Of a stretch of 15,164 nt of DNA, positions 6,917 to 15,164 are shown one piece after another. Every line of letters starts with the position of its first letter. The stretch's first letter is position 1. Made by a program: the position numbers and the translations under genes. A model generated the notes under the pieces. It ran no database searches. It saw only the letters and a program-made list of their open reading frames with translations, and was not told the origin of the DNA. This DNA comes from Candidatus Thorarchaeota archaeon (GTDB taxonomy: Archaea; Asgardarchaeota; Thorarchaeia; Thorarchaeales; Thorarchaeaceae): assembly GCA_029858305.1 (NCBI GenBank), contig JAOUFI010000053.1:1-15164 (forward strand), given 5' to 3'.

Positions 6917-7757
6917 TGATATTACAAAAGCGGAGACTCAAGATTTGGTCATTGACACTCAGAACGAGAAACCCAAGCATCGAATACAGCTTAGCAAAGT
7001 TGGCGTCAAGAATCTGAAGACGTTTGTTGTCACAGATCGGAGTGGCATTAGACACCATATCGTGCCAAAAGTTGAGTTCACGATAGATCTTCCTGCCGAA
7101 TTGAAAGGAGTGCATATGTCTCGCTTGGTGGAGTCGATGACTGAAGAGATTAGTAACCAGTTCCGAGTACACCCATCTATTGAAGAACTCCAGATTAAGA
7201 TACTTGAAGGATTAGCTCAGAAGCATCCATTCAGCCGAGGAGAGATAAAATTCGAGTTCGAGTTTGGCTATACGACTAGAACTCCTGCTTCCAATAAACG
7301 CACCTGGGAAGTATGCGATGTCGCTGCTATAACACGTAAGGAGAATGAGAAACCATACATTCACGAGATTGAAATTGAAGTGATTGGAAATACCGTGTGT
7401 CCACACTGTATGGCAAATAATGATGGTCTCACTCATATCCAACGTGCAATAGGAAAACTTTGCGTAGTTGGAGAAACCGCAGCAATTCCGAAGTATGGCT
7501 CTATGATTGACGTGATTGAGAAGTCGTTCTCAAGTAAGACATATTCTCTCCTGAAGCTAGAAGATGAGATGCTTGTCACTAAGCAGATGCACGAAAATCC
7601 ACTTCTTGTTGAAGATGTGTGCCGTAATATTCTCCAGTTCGCGAAGGAAGCCTTTAGTGACCGTGATCTCGAGATGTTTGCTGAGGCTCGGTCACTCGAG
7701 AGCATTCATAAACACGATGTAATTGCTCAGGGAAGAATAGTAACAAATGGGGATTAG
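6906..7757 (+). CDS. mptA: GTP cyclohydrolase, FolE2/MptA family (COG1469)
   Basis: DTQ, KVGV, KGVHMSRL, TVCP, THIQR, VEDVCR and ESIHKHD. The likely ATG at 6906 overlaps the end of queD by 11 nt. MptA and FolE2 cannot be distinguished by eye. Confidence 0.88.
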   Translation: MKTNDITKAETQDLVIDTQNEKPKHRIQLSKVGVKNLKTFVVTDRSGIRHHIVPKVEFTIDLPAELKGVHMSRLVESMTEEISNQFRVHPSIEELQIKILEGLAQKHPFSRGEIKFEFEFGYTTRTPASNKRTWEVCDVAAITRKENEKPYIHEIEIEVIGNTVCPHCMANNDGLTHIQRAIGKLCVVGETAAIPKYGSMIDVIEKSFSSKTYSLLKLEDEMLVTKQMHENPLLVEDVCRNILQFAKEAFSDRDLEMFAEARSLESIHKHDVIAQGRIVTNGD

Positions 7758-7787
7758 ATTGTTGTCCCTATCTATCTGCGTTCTCTA

Positions 7788-8195
7788 TTGCTTCCATATC
7801 TTCTAACCGTAGAATAGGTGTCGTATAGAAGTAGATGAAGAATTGACTGAAACAATGTTGATGATTCTTACACACTCGTATTGGAAGCTGAGCTTGACAA
7901 AGGAGTTCAGAATACCATGTTTGTTGGCTTTGAAAATTAAACCGGTAGGATGACAGACATTTGGTTTGGAGAGAGGGATACATCTTACATCCTTAGTGCA
8001 CCATACCGAGTCTGCGTAGATATTCTCCTTGGTAAAACTGGTGCAAATCGTGCATTCATCACACGAAAACTGAACATCAAGGGAAACATGCCACGATTAT
8101 TGAAGACTGCAAAGGCTACTGATAGGCTTGTCGCATTATTACGCGAGATTCCAACATAGTTTCATGGTGACTATCATAAACACTCATTTGGATAA
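7788..8195 (+). pseudogene. Decayed SCP2 sterol/lipid-carrier domain gene
   Basis: ORF 7950-8159 (ILSAPYRVCVDILLGKTGANRAFITRKLNIKGNMPRLLK) looks like the C-terminal half of SCP2. The same frame upstream reads DDSYTLVLEAELDKGVQNTMFVGFEN*TGR and MLPYLLTVE*V. In-frame stops occur at 7815, 7836, 7848, 7938 and 8157. Confidence 0.7.
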
Positions 8196-8395
8196 TAGCA
8201 ATGTGCGTTTCAGATTCGCATAGAAATTTTTAAGGTAGAGAAAGTATGCTCTCAGATCCAAAATCGTCATGGATTGGATGCAATATAAGAAATCAGCCAG
8301 ACCATCTGAACTAATGTTATATTCCTTTGTTTTTTCATACTATACAATTTCCGGTTACTATCCGAATCGAATCTATTACTGTGAGGTGAAGAAGA

Positions 8396-11300
8396 TTGCT
8401 GCAATCGCGAGTGGTTACCTTAGTTCTCTTATTACTGGTAGTTTCTCCACCTCTATTGCAGTCGTCTTCATATCAAATCAAATTGACTCATAATCAGTTT
8501 GATTCAAACGATTCACAGAATGAACCATTGAATCATTCAAAGATGCAACAAACTAACCAATTCGATTCTCCTCCTCTAAATGACCGGATTACCTCTGAAA
8601 GCAGCTCAACGCTTGCTCCAATTAGCGGTGTCATCAATCCTGTCACTATTGAACAAAGAGGCTATACTTCTACAGATAATATGACTGCAAGAACTGATAC
8701 ACTTGTCAACACTCAACAGAATATTGAGATTGATACAAGTCATGATTGGGTCGCGAGTAATGCTGAGGTCCAAGTGTGGGACTTGGAACGGCTTTATGTT
8801 ATTAATGGGACTTTTGACGAAGGCTACGAAGGATATACAATATATCCGAATGGCTCATTAACGAATTATCCCTTTGGATGGGATGCAATTAGTAATAACA
8901 CAGATCCTGATCAAGTTCAACAAGTGTCCTATGAAAAAAGCAGTGAACGATATATCACTGTTCAAAATAGGGCGGAAATTACAAAACCTGTTCAAAGAGA
9001 GTACACACATTATGCTGGGACGTATGTTCTTTGGAATCAGACCTTCCATAACACACCATATACAGATCAATTCCTACTGAGTTTTGATTATCTTCTCCTT
9101 CAAGGTCCTCTGAGTTCTTCTTTCACAGGAAATTACTCCCTGAAGGTATTCATTAATGATACAGCAGTTCATAGCATTGATTTGCCGACACTTGGTCAGA
9201 GAGGTACATGGTTTGCAGTCAATGAGATTCCTGTTTCTATCGCTATGCCCACCGAAGCTATATCATTTAGAATTGGTCTCTACATTGATTCTACTTTCAT
9301 GGCTGATGCTGACCTTGATTATGATGGAGATGGCTATCCGGATGGAACAATCAATACACAATATATCACAGTCTGCATTGATGATGTTTCTCTAACTGGC
9401 GCTACACTACCCAGTTGCAACGAGGTAGATTTGCATCTTATGATAAATGGGGCGCCGACTCCTATTATTGGTGATTCTGGACTGGGTTCTGGATATATGA
9501 CCAATGATAGTTTTTGGACAGCTAGTCCATTGAATATTGAAATCGCTTCAAACGAAAGTGTTTCCCTTCAATACCGCGTTCAATTATTGAATCATCGCTT
9601 TTTGAATTCAAGTTCAACAACAAGTACGTTTCAAATGGGTGTTTCATATATAATAAACGCGAATCAAAGTGCTTCACTCGAAATGTTCACCTACTTAGGT
9701 TTTCTCGGACTCTATGATGACCTCATTATTCGTATTTATCACCCCTCTGATTGGCAGAATTTTACTATTTTAGATCCATTCTTGACAGATGTCACATTGG
9801 AATGTACCTTTGATAGTAATTTTCTCGACATTCCAACAATTCTTTTAGATCGCCTCGGTTGGTGGAAGATTCTTTGTGAATCCCCGAATTATGCATCCAT
9901 AGCTATTACCGAGAGGTATGAAATTGGCACTATGTCATGGAATAGTGAAACAATATTCCATAGTAATGATATCGCACGTGTTTCTATTTCATTCAATTCT
10001 AATGGTGAAATCCCATTTCTGTCAGACCCTGTCAACTTCACATGGAAACTTCCAAACAGCTCTCTTTGGTACGAGTCGTCCACTATTAGTGATGCAAGCG
10101 GAAGTGCTGAAAGTACGCCTATCACCTTCGGACCCGCAAACACGACAGCAGGTACTTGGAGTGTTGTCTACCATTGGACAAACGGCAGTGAGATAGCGTA
10201 TGATTACGTGAATCTGACTTTATACCATCAGGCTGCACTTCAGGTTGTCTTCTCAGAGAAACTCGAAACTGTAGTGAGCCAGCCTGTGACAGTCATAATT
10301 CGATTCTTTGACTTAGAGAATGGTCTGTTTCTTTTGAATGACGGAGCAGAGGTCATAGGAACCTGGGCTGCAGGAGTTGTTGATTTTGTACCTAATGTAG
10401 TCCAAAACTGGTGGCAAGCTGATTTCGATACTTCTCTAGTTGGCGCAGGTAATTTCGATGTCATAATATCCTCAGCAGCTCCTTACTTCGAAACAACACC
10501 TCTCATCATCACTATCAAGTCACAGTTTCTTTCATCTATAGACCCGCCAAATGGGCCCCTTGAACCGTTGATCTATGGTCATCAGTATAGCTATGATTAC
10601 TTCTATTCAATAGACTACAATGGTTCGGGAGTCGCCGACGCTCTTGTCGAGATATCCGGAGAAGGTTCTGAGTGGGCATCGATTACAGATGAAGGCAATG
10701 GTCACTACAATCTTACAGTAGTACCTTGGGGCTTGCGTGATTATAGTCTATACATCTCGTTTTCAAAAGTAGGACACCAAAATCAAACGCATGTTCTATC
10801 GTTCCTAGTGAATAAAGTACCAATGAGAGTAAATATGCTCACAAATCTCAGAGCCCCTGAATATCAACAACTAACAATCGAGGTCGAGGTTGTTGAGTCT
10901 GATACTGAGTATCCAGTCAGTGGAGCAAATGTCAGCCTGAATTTAAAGATCCAAGGGGTTTCTCATGAAATCAAGATTATGAATGAAACCACAGAATATT
11001 CCGGAATTTACAGTGCAAAGATAGTCATGCCGGAAGCTAGCGAATACACCTATGATATAATTATTTCAGTTGAGAAAGAGAACTATGAGCTAACACAAGA
11101 ATTCAGTTACCCGCTTATACCCACTTTTGATGCAACTGCAAAATTCCTTCAGACTATCATATTTTATTCACCTCAGATTCTAGTATTTGTTGGAGCATTT
11201 GCCATGATAGTAGCGGGGCAGAAATATTACTCCAGAAAGAGGCGGCAAACGCATGCTCTCGCCAAGAATGTCAAGGCACGGTTCAATGACGCAAACAATC

Positions 11301-11932
11301 TCTTGGGAATTGTTGTTCTGCACAAACTTAGTGGTGTTCCAATCTACTCCAAGATTCTCAAGGGCGGATTCGAAGAAGGAATGCTCTCCGCATTCATCAC
11401 CGCTATCATGCATTTCAGAACAGAGTTTGATAAACAAAGGGAACATGATGATTACATCATTATTCCAATTTCTGATATTGTCAGGTCAGTACCCACTCAG
11501 AATCTCATCTGTGCATTCATCACCATAACATCAGCCTCGAAGGCTCAAGAGGAGAAGATGATTAATTATGCACGCGCGATTGGAATGATGTTTGATGAGT
11601 CCCTAGCTGAGCGTCCCACGCAGGTCGTTGATGCAAAGATGATAAAGACCTTCGAATGGATGTTCGATGACTTTGTAGATGGTGTACTTGTTCGGCTTCA
11701 TCGCATTGGGGAGAAAAGACTACCAAAGAAGTTACGATGTGTTGAAGATGTTGTGAATACAGAAGATGGTATTGATTCCTTTATGCTAGTGAATTTGATG
11801 CAGTTACTAGAGAGCTGTGGCATCGATGAGGATGATGCCTACCTCCTTGTTATGGAAGCAATTGAACAGGAATATTTTGTTCCCGTATATTCGAACAATA
11901 ACAACCTTGGAACAGATTCAAGTGACCGCTAA
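8396..11932 (+). CDS. Giant type I membrane/cell-surface glycoprotein (1178 aa) with Ig-like repeats, one TM helix and a cytoplasmic longin/roadblock-like domain
   Basis: TTG start with SD GAGGTGA (8383-8389) and an N-terminal hydrophobic signal. Many N-x-S/T sequons. TM at about 11150-11218 followed by basic KYYSRKRR, then a cytoplasmic tail of about 235 aa. The CDS is certain; the domain calls are inferred. Confidence 0.9.
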   Translation: MLQSRVVTLVLLLLVVSPPLLQSSSYQIKLTHNQFDSNDSQNEPLNHSKMQQTNQFDSPPLNDRITSESSSTLAPISGVINPVTIEQRGYTSTDNMTARTDTLVNTQQNIEIDTSHDWVASNAEVQVWDLERLYVINGTFDEGYEGYTIYPNGSLTNYPFGWDAISNNTDPDQVQQVSYEKSSERYITVQNRAEITKPVQREYTHYAGTYVLWNQTFHNTPYTDQFLLSFDYLLLQGPLSSSFTGNYSLKVFINDTAVHSIDLPTLGQRGTWFAVNEIPVSIAMPTEAISFRIGLYIDSTFMADADLDYDGDGYPDGTINTQYITVCIDDVSLTGATLPSCNEVDLHLMINGAPTPIIGDSGLGSGYMTNDSFWTASPLNIEIASNESVSLQYRVQLLNHRFLNSSSTTSTFQMGVSYIINANQSASLEMFTYLGFLGLYDDLIIRIYHPSDWQNFTILDPFLTDVTLECTFDSNFLDIPTILLDRLGWWKILCESPNYASIAITERYEIGTMSWNSETIFHSNDIARVSISFNSNGEIPFLSDPVNFTWKLPNSSLWYESSTISDASGSAESTPITFGPANTTAGTWSVVYHWTNGSEIAYDYVNLTLYHQAALQVVFSEKLETVVSQPVTVIIRFFDLENGLFLLNDGAEVIGTWAAGVVDFVPNVVQNWWQADFDTSLVGAGNFDVIISSAAPYFETTPLIITIKSQFLSSIDPPNGPLEPLIYGHQYSYDYFYSIDYNGSGVADALVEISGEGSEWASITDEGNGHYNLTVVPWGLRDYSLYISFSKVGHQNQTHVLSFLVNKVPMRVNMLTNLRAPEYQQLTIEVEVVESDTEYPVSGANVSLNLKIQGVSHEIKIMNETTEYSGIYSAKIVMPEASEYTYDIIISVEKENYELTQEFSYPLIPTFDATAKFLQTIIFYSPQILVFVGAFAMIVAGQKYYSRKRRQTHALAKNVKARFNDANNLLGIVVLHKLSGVPIYSKILKGGFEEGMLSAFITAIMHFRTEFDKQREHDDYIIIPISDIVRSVPTQNLICAFITITSASKAQEEKMINYARAIGMMFDESLAERPTQVVDAKMIKTFEWMFDDFVDGVLVRLHRIGEKRLPKKLRCVEDVVNTEDGIDSFMLVNLMQLLESCGIDEDDAYLLVMEAIEQEYFVPVYSNNNNLGTDSSDR

Positions 11933-12045
11933 TCAGAAATCCAATCTAGCATCAACACAAAAGACTTCGACCTCTGTCTGAGTAAATGATATCAGTAATA
12001 ACACAAATGTAATTAGACAAGTCTGCGCACGTCATTGAAGAACTC

Positions 12046-12055
12046 ATAAATTATA
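12046..12055 (+). promoter_or_regulatory. Putative TATA box for the second surface-protein gene
   Basis: ATAAATTATA about 50 nt upstream of ATG 12101, the same spacing as other putative TATA boxes here. Confidence 0.45.
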
Positions 12056-12100
12056 CGCCGCCAATTGGATGATAGATGCATTCCTAGTAGGTGAAGAGAA

Positions 12101-15100
12101 ATGAGGGTTGCACGAAGAGAGACCTTAACCAGTATTCTAGTACTATCGATGTTTATTGTTACAATGACATTTGTACCTGAAATCATGCAACTCTCATTAT
12201 TGATTGATGATAACACCGATTCTGTTAAAGAAATCCCCAAGAAACTTGAGTCTTCTCCACCCGATCGAGATTTTGGAAATTATGAGCAGGTGAAAGATTT
12301 CTACTCTGCTGATGAGACTTCTAGCGAGGGCATTTTAGATTCTCTCTCTGTCGAACAACGAGGATATGCATCATCAGGATATATTTTCGCTAGAACTGAT
12401 ATGTCAAGTAATCTTGAATATAATCTTCCTATTGATAGAGTTCATAGTTGGTTAGGTAGTGAAGCATCTATATCAATTTGGAACCTCACTAGGCTTTATG
12501 TTGTCAATGGAACACTTGATGAGGGAATTCCTGGAAAGAATTATTATCCCTCAGAAAATGTTTCATACCGTCCGTATGGTTGGGATAGTAATAGTACCAA
12601 TATTGATCCGGCTACCAATCAGACATCTGCTTACTACGTGTCTGACTCATATTATATGAGCGTTGAGGACCAAGGTAAGACATTAGGCACAGGCATTAAT
12701 GAACGGTCTCAACATGTTGCTGGAACCGAGATTATGTGGTTTCAAACTATACCTAATGCGCCTTACAACGAGGAGTTCGTCTTTAGCACGTCGTATCTCT
12801 ATAAATTCGGTCCACTCAATCCAAGTCTTGGAACAGCATTTACACTTGTCGCGCGAATTAATGGCGCGGAAGTGTGGAGTATCAGTTTATCAAGTCTAGC
12901 AGCTCATGATATTTGGTACAATACAGGGGATGTGGCAGTTAATCTCTCTGGGGCTGGTGATAGTCTATTTTTCGAAATCGGATTGAAGATTAATTCTACA
13001 GAAGCTCTCTACCATAATGTCTATGATATCCTCGACGCGCACTACATTACAGCATTCCTAGATGATGTTTCGTTGATAGGAGTCTTGCCCCCAGCTCTGG
13101 ATGCTGTTGATTTGCAGTTTCATGCAGGGACTGATTCAATACCTATAACAGGAACCTCTGGTACCGGTTCCGCAAGCATTTCAAATTCCAGCTATTGGAA
13201 TACACCCACTGTAGCCATTTCGGTATCCTCAAACACGAGTGTTAGTTTCAATTATTTATCCACTCTTCTTAGCCATCGGTTTACTGAAACGACTTGGAAA
13301 ACTGATTTGACTGCACATGGTGTATCTTATACAGCTGATTTCGGAGCTAGTGTTTCAATTGATTTCTATGCATATGTTGGATACTTTGGATTCTACCAAA
13401 ATCCCACGATGCATATTGTAAAACCAAATGACTGGGCAGTTACTGCGATATACGACTCTTCTCCACTCAATGTGACTTCGCAGTGCAGCTACACTCCTGA
13501 GGAAGTTACGATACCTGGAATATTGCTCGATAATCTAGGATGGTGGCATTTTGAATTAAAGAGCCCTAATTACGCAAAATCCGTGACTACACAGATATTC
13601 AATCCCACTTTGACTAACTGGTCATATGCTACAATATTTAGAATTAGCAATACATCGCGAGTAAATATCACCATTGGCTCTTCCACCGAAATACCATCAC
13701 TTGTAGAGAATGTTAATGTAAGTTGGTTCCTTCCGAGTGGTGCTATATGGCTAAATGAAACACCACCTCCTGGTTCTAATGGAGAAGTTATCGGAAATGG
13801 TCATGTATTAGCTTCTGGCTCATCACCAGCTGGACAATGGTGGGTACAAGCAATATGGAGTAATGGCACGGAAGTTGCGTATGGTCGTACTCTGTTTCAA
13901 GTACAACATACTGCTGAACTTGTCGCAGATCCTGAGATCATCACTACGGATACTGGTCTGACGGTGACAGGAATTGTACGTTATACAGATGAGGACACCG
14001 GTGCAAATCTGCTAGATCCAGTCGCTACCATCGAAGCCAATTGGTCTCTTACAACCGTGCCCTTTGTGCCAAATACTATACAGAACTGGTGGGAAGGCAC
14101 TTTCGACACTTCATTATTAGGTCCTGGCAAATTAATCGTTATTGTGAACGCATCTCGACTCTTTTATGATGATATTAGCTGCCAGATTGAAATTCAATCA
14201 ACTCGAGTCACTCGGCTTAATTCGCCTAATGCTCCTTGGACTGCTGATGTGTGGGGCCATAATACAACGCTGACGTTCAATTATGAGTATTATAACTATG
14301 CAACCACAGATTGGAATCCTATCCAGAATACAACAAATGATGTTTCCTTGTCGATAAACTGGCCAGCTGGATACTGGTCTGTGGAGGCAGATATCACACC
14401 TGGCATCTATGTAGTGTCCATTGACACAAGTGCGAGAAACTCAAGCACCTGGTTGATTAATGCGACATTCAGCAAGCCAAATCATCAACCTAAGACACTA
14501 CTACTCACTTTAATTATATCACCAAAGACTAGTTCTCTATCTGTTGTGGGTGAGATTTCAGCAAGAGTCAATTTAGATGCAGTTTATAATGTAACGCTGT
14601 CTTATCGCGACGGGGATGGAAGTCCAATCAAGGGCGCTATCGTTTTTGTCGACAGTGTGTTTCCCTCGACCGGATTGTCATATACGGCAGTTTTTGAGGT
14701 CAGCGGACAAGATGGATATTATTCTACTTCTCTCAGTCCGCATGTTGCAGGAGTCTTCACGATTCGATTTGTAGCGAGAGGACTGAATGTTGAGAATGCA
14801 ACAACAGTCTTTGTGCTTGTTGTGAATGATGTCCAAACTGAACTCGACATTGATGGTCCATCAAGTGTTGAAATGGGCCTTACAGATACCTACAACACCA
14901 CATTCCGTTTTGCCATGCTAAATGGTACAGGAATCAGTGATGCCATGATCAATATCACCTATTCTGGAGGCATGCCCGGTGCACTATCTTACCACTGGGT
15001 AGATATCGGGCTCGGTGATTATTCAGTTGAGTTCAACTCAACGACCTCTGGTACCTATCTGATTACGATAGCTGCCTTCAAGCAATACTATCAGAGTGAT

Positions 15101-15164
15101 TCAAGCGCCTTCTTCCTAGTAATTAGAGAGATAAGTACGCAATTGACATCATTAAATGGGACTG
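12101..15164 (+). CDS. Second giant cell-surface protein, paralog of 8396-11932 (>1021 aa, 3'-truncated by window)
   Basis: ATG 12101 with SD AGGTGA (12089-12094), and the frame is open to the window end (MRVARRETLTSILVLSMFIVTMTFVP...REISTQLTSLNGT). Shares collinear motifs with the upstream gene: EQRGY, ARTD, RLYVxNGTxDEG, PxGWD, DDVSL, LLDxLGWW, SPNYA, NGxExAY and QNWWxxxFDTSL. Confidence 0.92.
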   Translation, partial: MRVARRETLTSILVLSMFIVTMTFVPEIMQLSLLIDDNTDSVKEIPKKLESSPPDRDFGNYEQVKDFYSADETSSEGILDSLSVEQRGYASSGYIFARTDMSSNLEYNLPIDRVHSWLGSEASISIWNLTRLYVVNGTLDEGIPGKNYYPSENVSYRPYGWDSNSTNIDPATNQTSAYYVSDSYYMSVEDQGKTLGTGINERSQHVAGTEIMWFQTIPNAPYNEEFVFSTSYLYKFGPLNPSLGTAFTLVARINGAEVWSISLSSLAAHDIWYNTGDVAVNLSGAGDSLFFEIGLKINSTEALYHNVYDILDAHYITAFLDDVSLIGVLPPALDAVDLQFHAGTDSIPITGTSGTGSASISNSSYWNTPTVAISVSSNTSVSFNYLSTLLSHRFTETTWKTDLTAHGVSYTADFGASVSIDFYAYVGYFGFYQNPTMHIVKPNDWAVTAIYDSSPLNVTSQCSYTPEEVTIPGILLDNLGWWHFELKSPNYAKSVTTQIFNPTLTNWSYATIFRISNTSRVNITIGSSTEIPSLVENVNVSWFLPSGAIWLNETPPPGSNGEVIGNGHVLASGSSPAGQWWVQAIWSNGTEVAYGRTLFQVQHTAELVADPEIITTDTGLTVTGIVRYTDEDTGANLLDPVATIEANWSLTTVPFVPNTIQNWWEGTFDTSLLGPGKLIVIVNASRLFYDDISCQIEIQSTRVTRLNSPNAPWTADVWGHNTTLTFNYEYYNYATTDWNPIQNTTNDVSLSINWPAGYWSVEADITPGIYVVSIDTSARNSSTWLINATFSKPNHQPKTLLLTLIISPKTSSLSVVGEISARVNLDAVYNVTLSYRDGDGSPIKGAIVFVDSVFPSTGLSYTAVFEVSGQDGYYSTSLSPHVAGVFTIRFVARGLNVENATTVFVLVVNDVQTELDIDGPSSVEMGLTDTYNTTFRFAMLNGTGISDAMINITYSGGMPGALSYHWVDIGLGDYSVEFNSTTSGTYLITIAAFKQYYQSDSSAFFLVIREISTQLTSLNGT

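Noticed and set aside
3093-7757. MTase + ligase + queD + GTP cyclohydrolase as a 7-deazaguanine DNA-modification (dpd-like) island
   Set aside because: No dpdA/tgt-like, queC or queE gene is present. The cluster is split by rps17e and a standard replicative ligase, so a housekeeping context explains it.
7815-8159. Pyrrolysine or selenocysteine readthrough of stops in the SCP2-like region
   Set aside because: The region also has a TAA stop and apparent frameshifts, and the TAGs fall where W/E codons (one substitution away) are expected. This fits decay rather than recoding.
8209-8310. Inverted repeat TTCAGAT...ATCTGAA and a small inner hairpin as a MITE or ncRNA
   Set aside because: Only 7 bp, with no target-site duplication and no second copy in the window.
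8269-8493. 74-aa ORF overlapping the start of the 8396 gene
   Set aside because: It has no SD and no recognisable motif, and it overlaps the promoter, SD and signal-peptide region of a well-supported gene.
19-12899. Remaining short ORF-track entries antisense or out of frame within real genes (e.g. 333-539, 923-1177, 3266-3634, 4643-4918, 7768-7983, 12013-12240, 12459-12659)
   Set aside because: They are shadow ORFs of well-supported genes, with no motifs or initiation signals.
1-15164. tRNA, rRNA, CRISPR array, transposase or integrase
   Set aside because: No cloverleaf or T-loop signature, regularly spaced direct repeats or mobile-element ORFs were seen by eye. tRNAscan-SE and CRISPR finders were not run.

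Overview
Archaeal chromosomal segment. The evidence is ribosomal protein eS17, an archaeal-type ATP-dependent DNA ligase, TATA-like boxes and GGAGG/GGTGA Shine-Dalgarno (SD) motifs. An Asgard origin, most likely Thorarchaeia, is an inference from the style of the giant surface proteins. From left to right the window holds: the 3' end of sdhA/frdA and sdhB/frdB; a polytopic membrane protein resembling a catalytically dead M48/HtpX protease; a small membrane protein; an orphan beta-class amino-DNA methyltransferase; rps17e divergent from lig around one palindromic TATA box; coupled queD-like PTPS and COG1469 GTP cyclohydrolase genes; a decayed SCP2 lipid-carrier pseudogene that the ORF track only partly shows; and two tandem paralogous giant cell-surface proteins. 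The second of these is absent from the ORF track because it runs off the window. The first has a receptor-like layout: signal peptide, glycosylated beta-rich/Ig-like ectodomain, one TM helix and a cytoplasmic longin/roadblock-like plus winged-helix-like tail. This pair is the best candidate for an undescribed system. No tRNA, rRNA, CRISPR array or mobile element was recognised.
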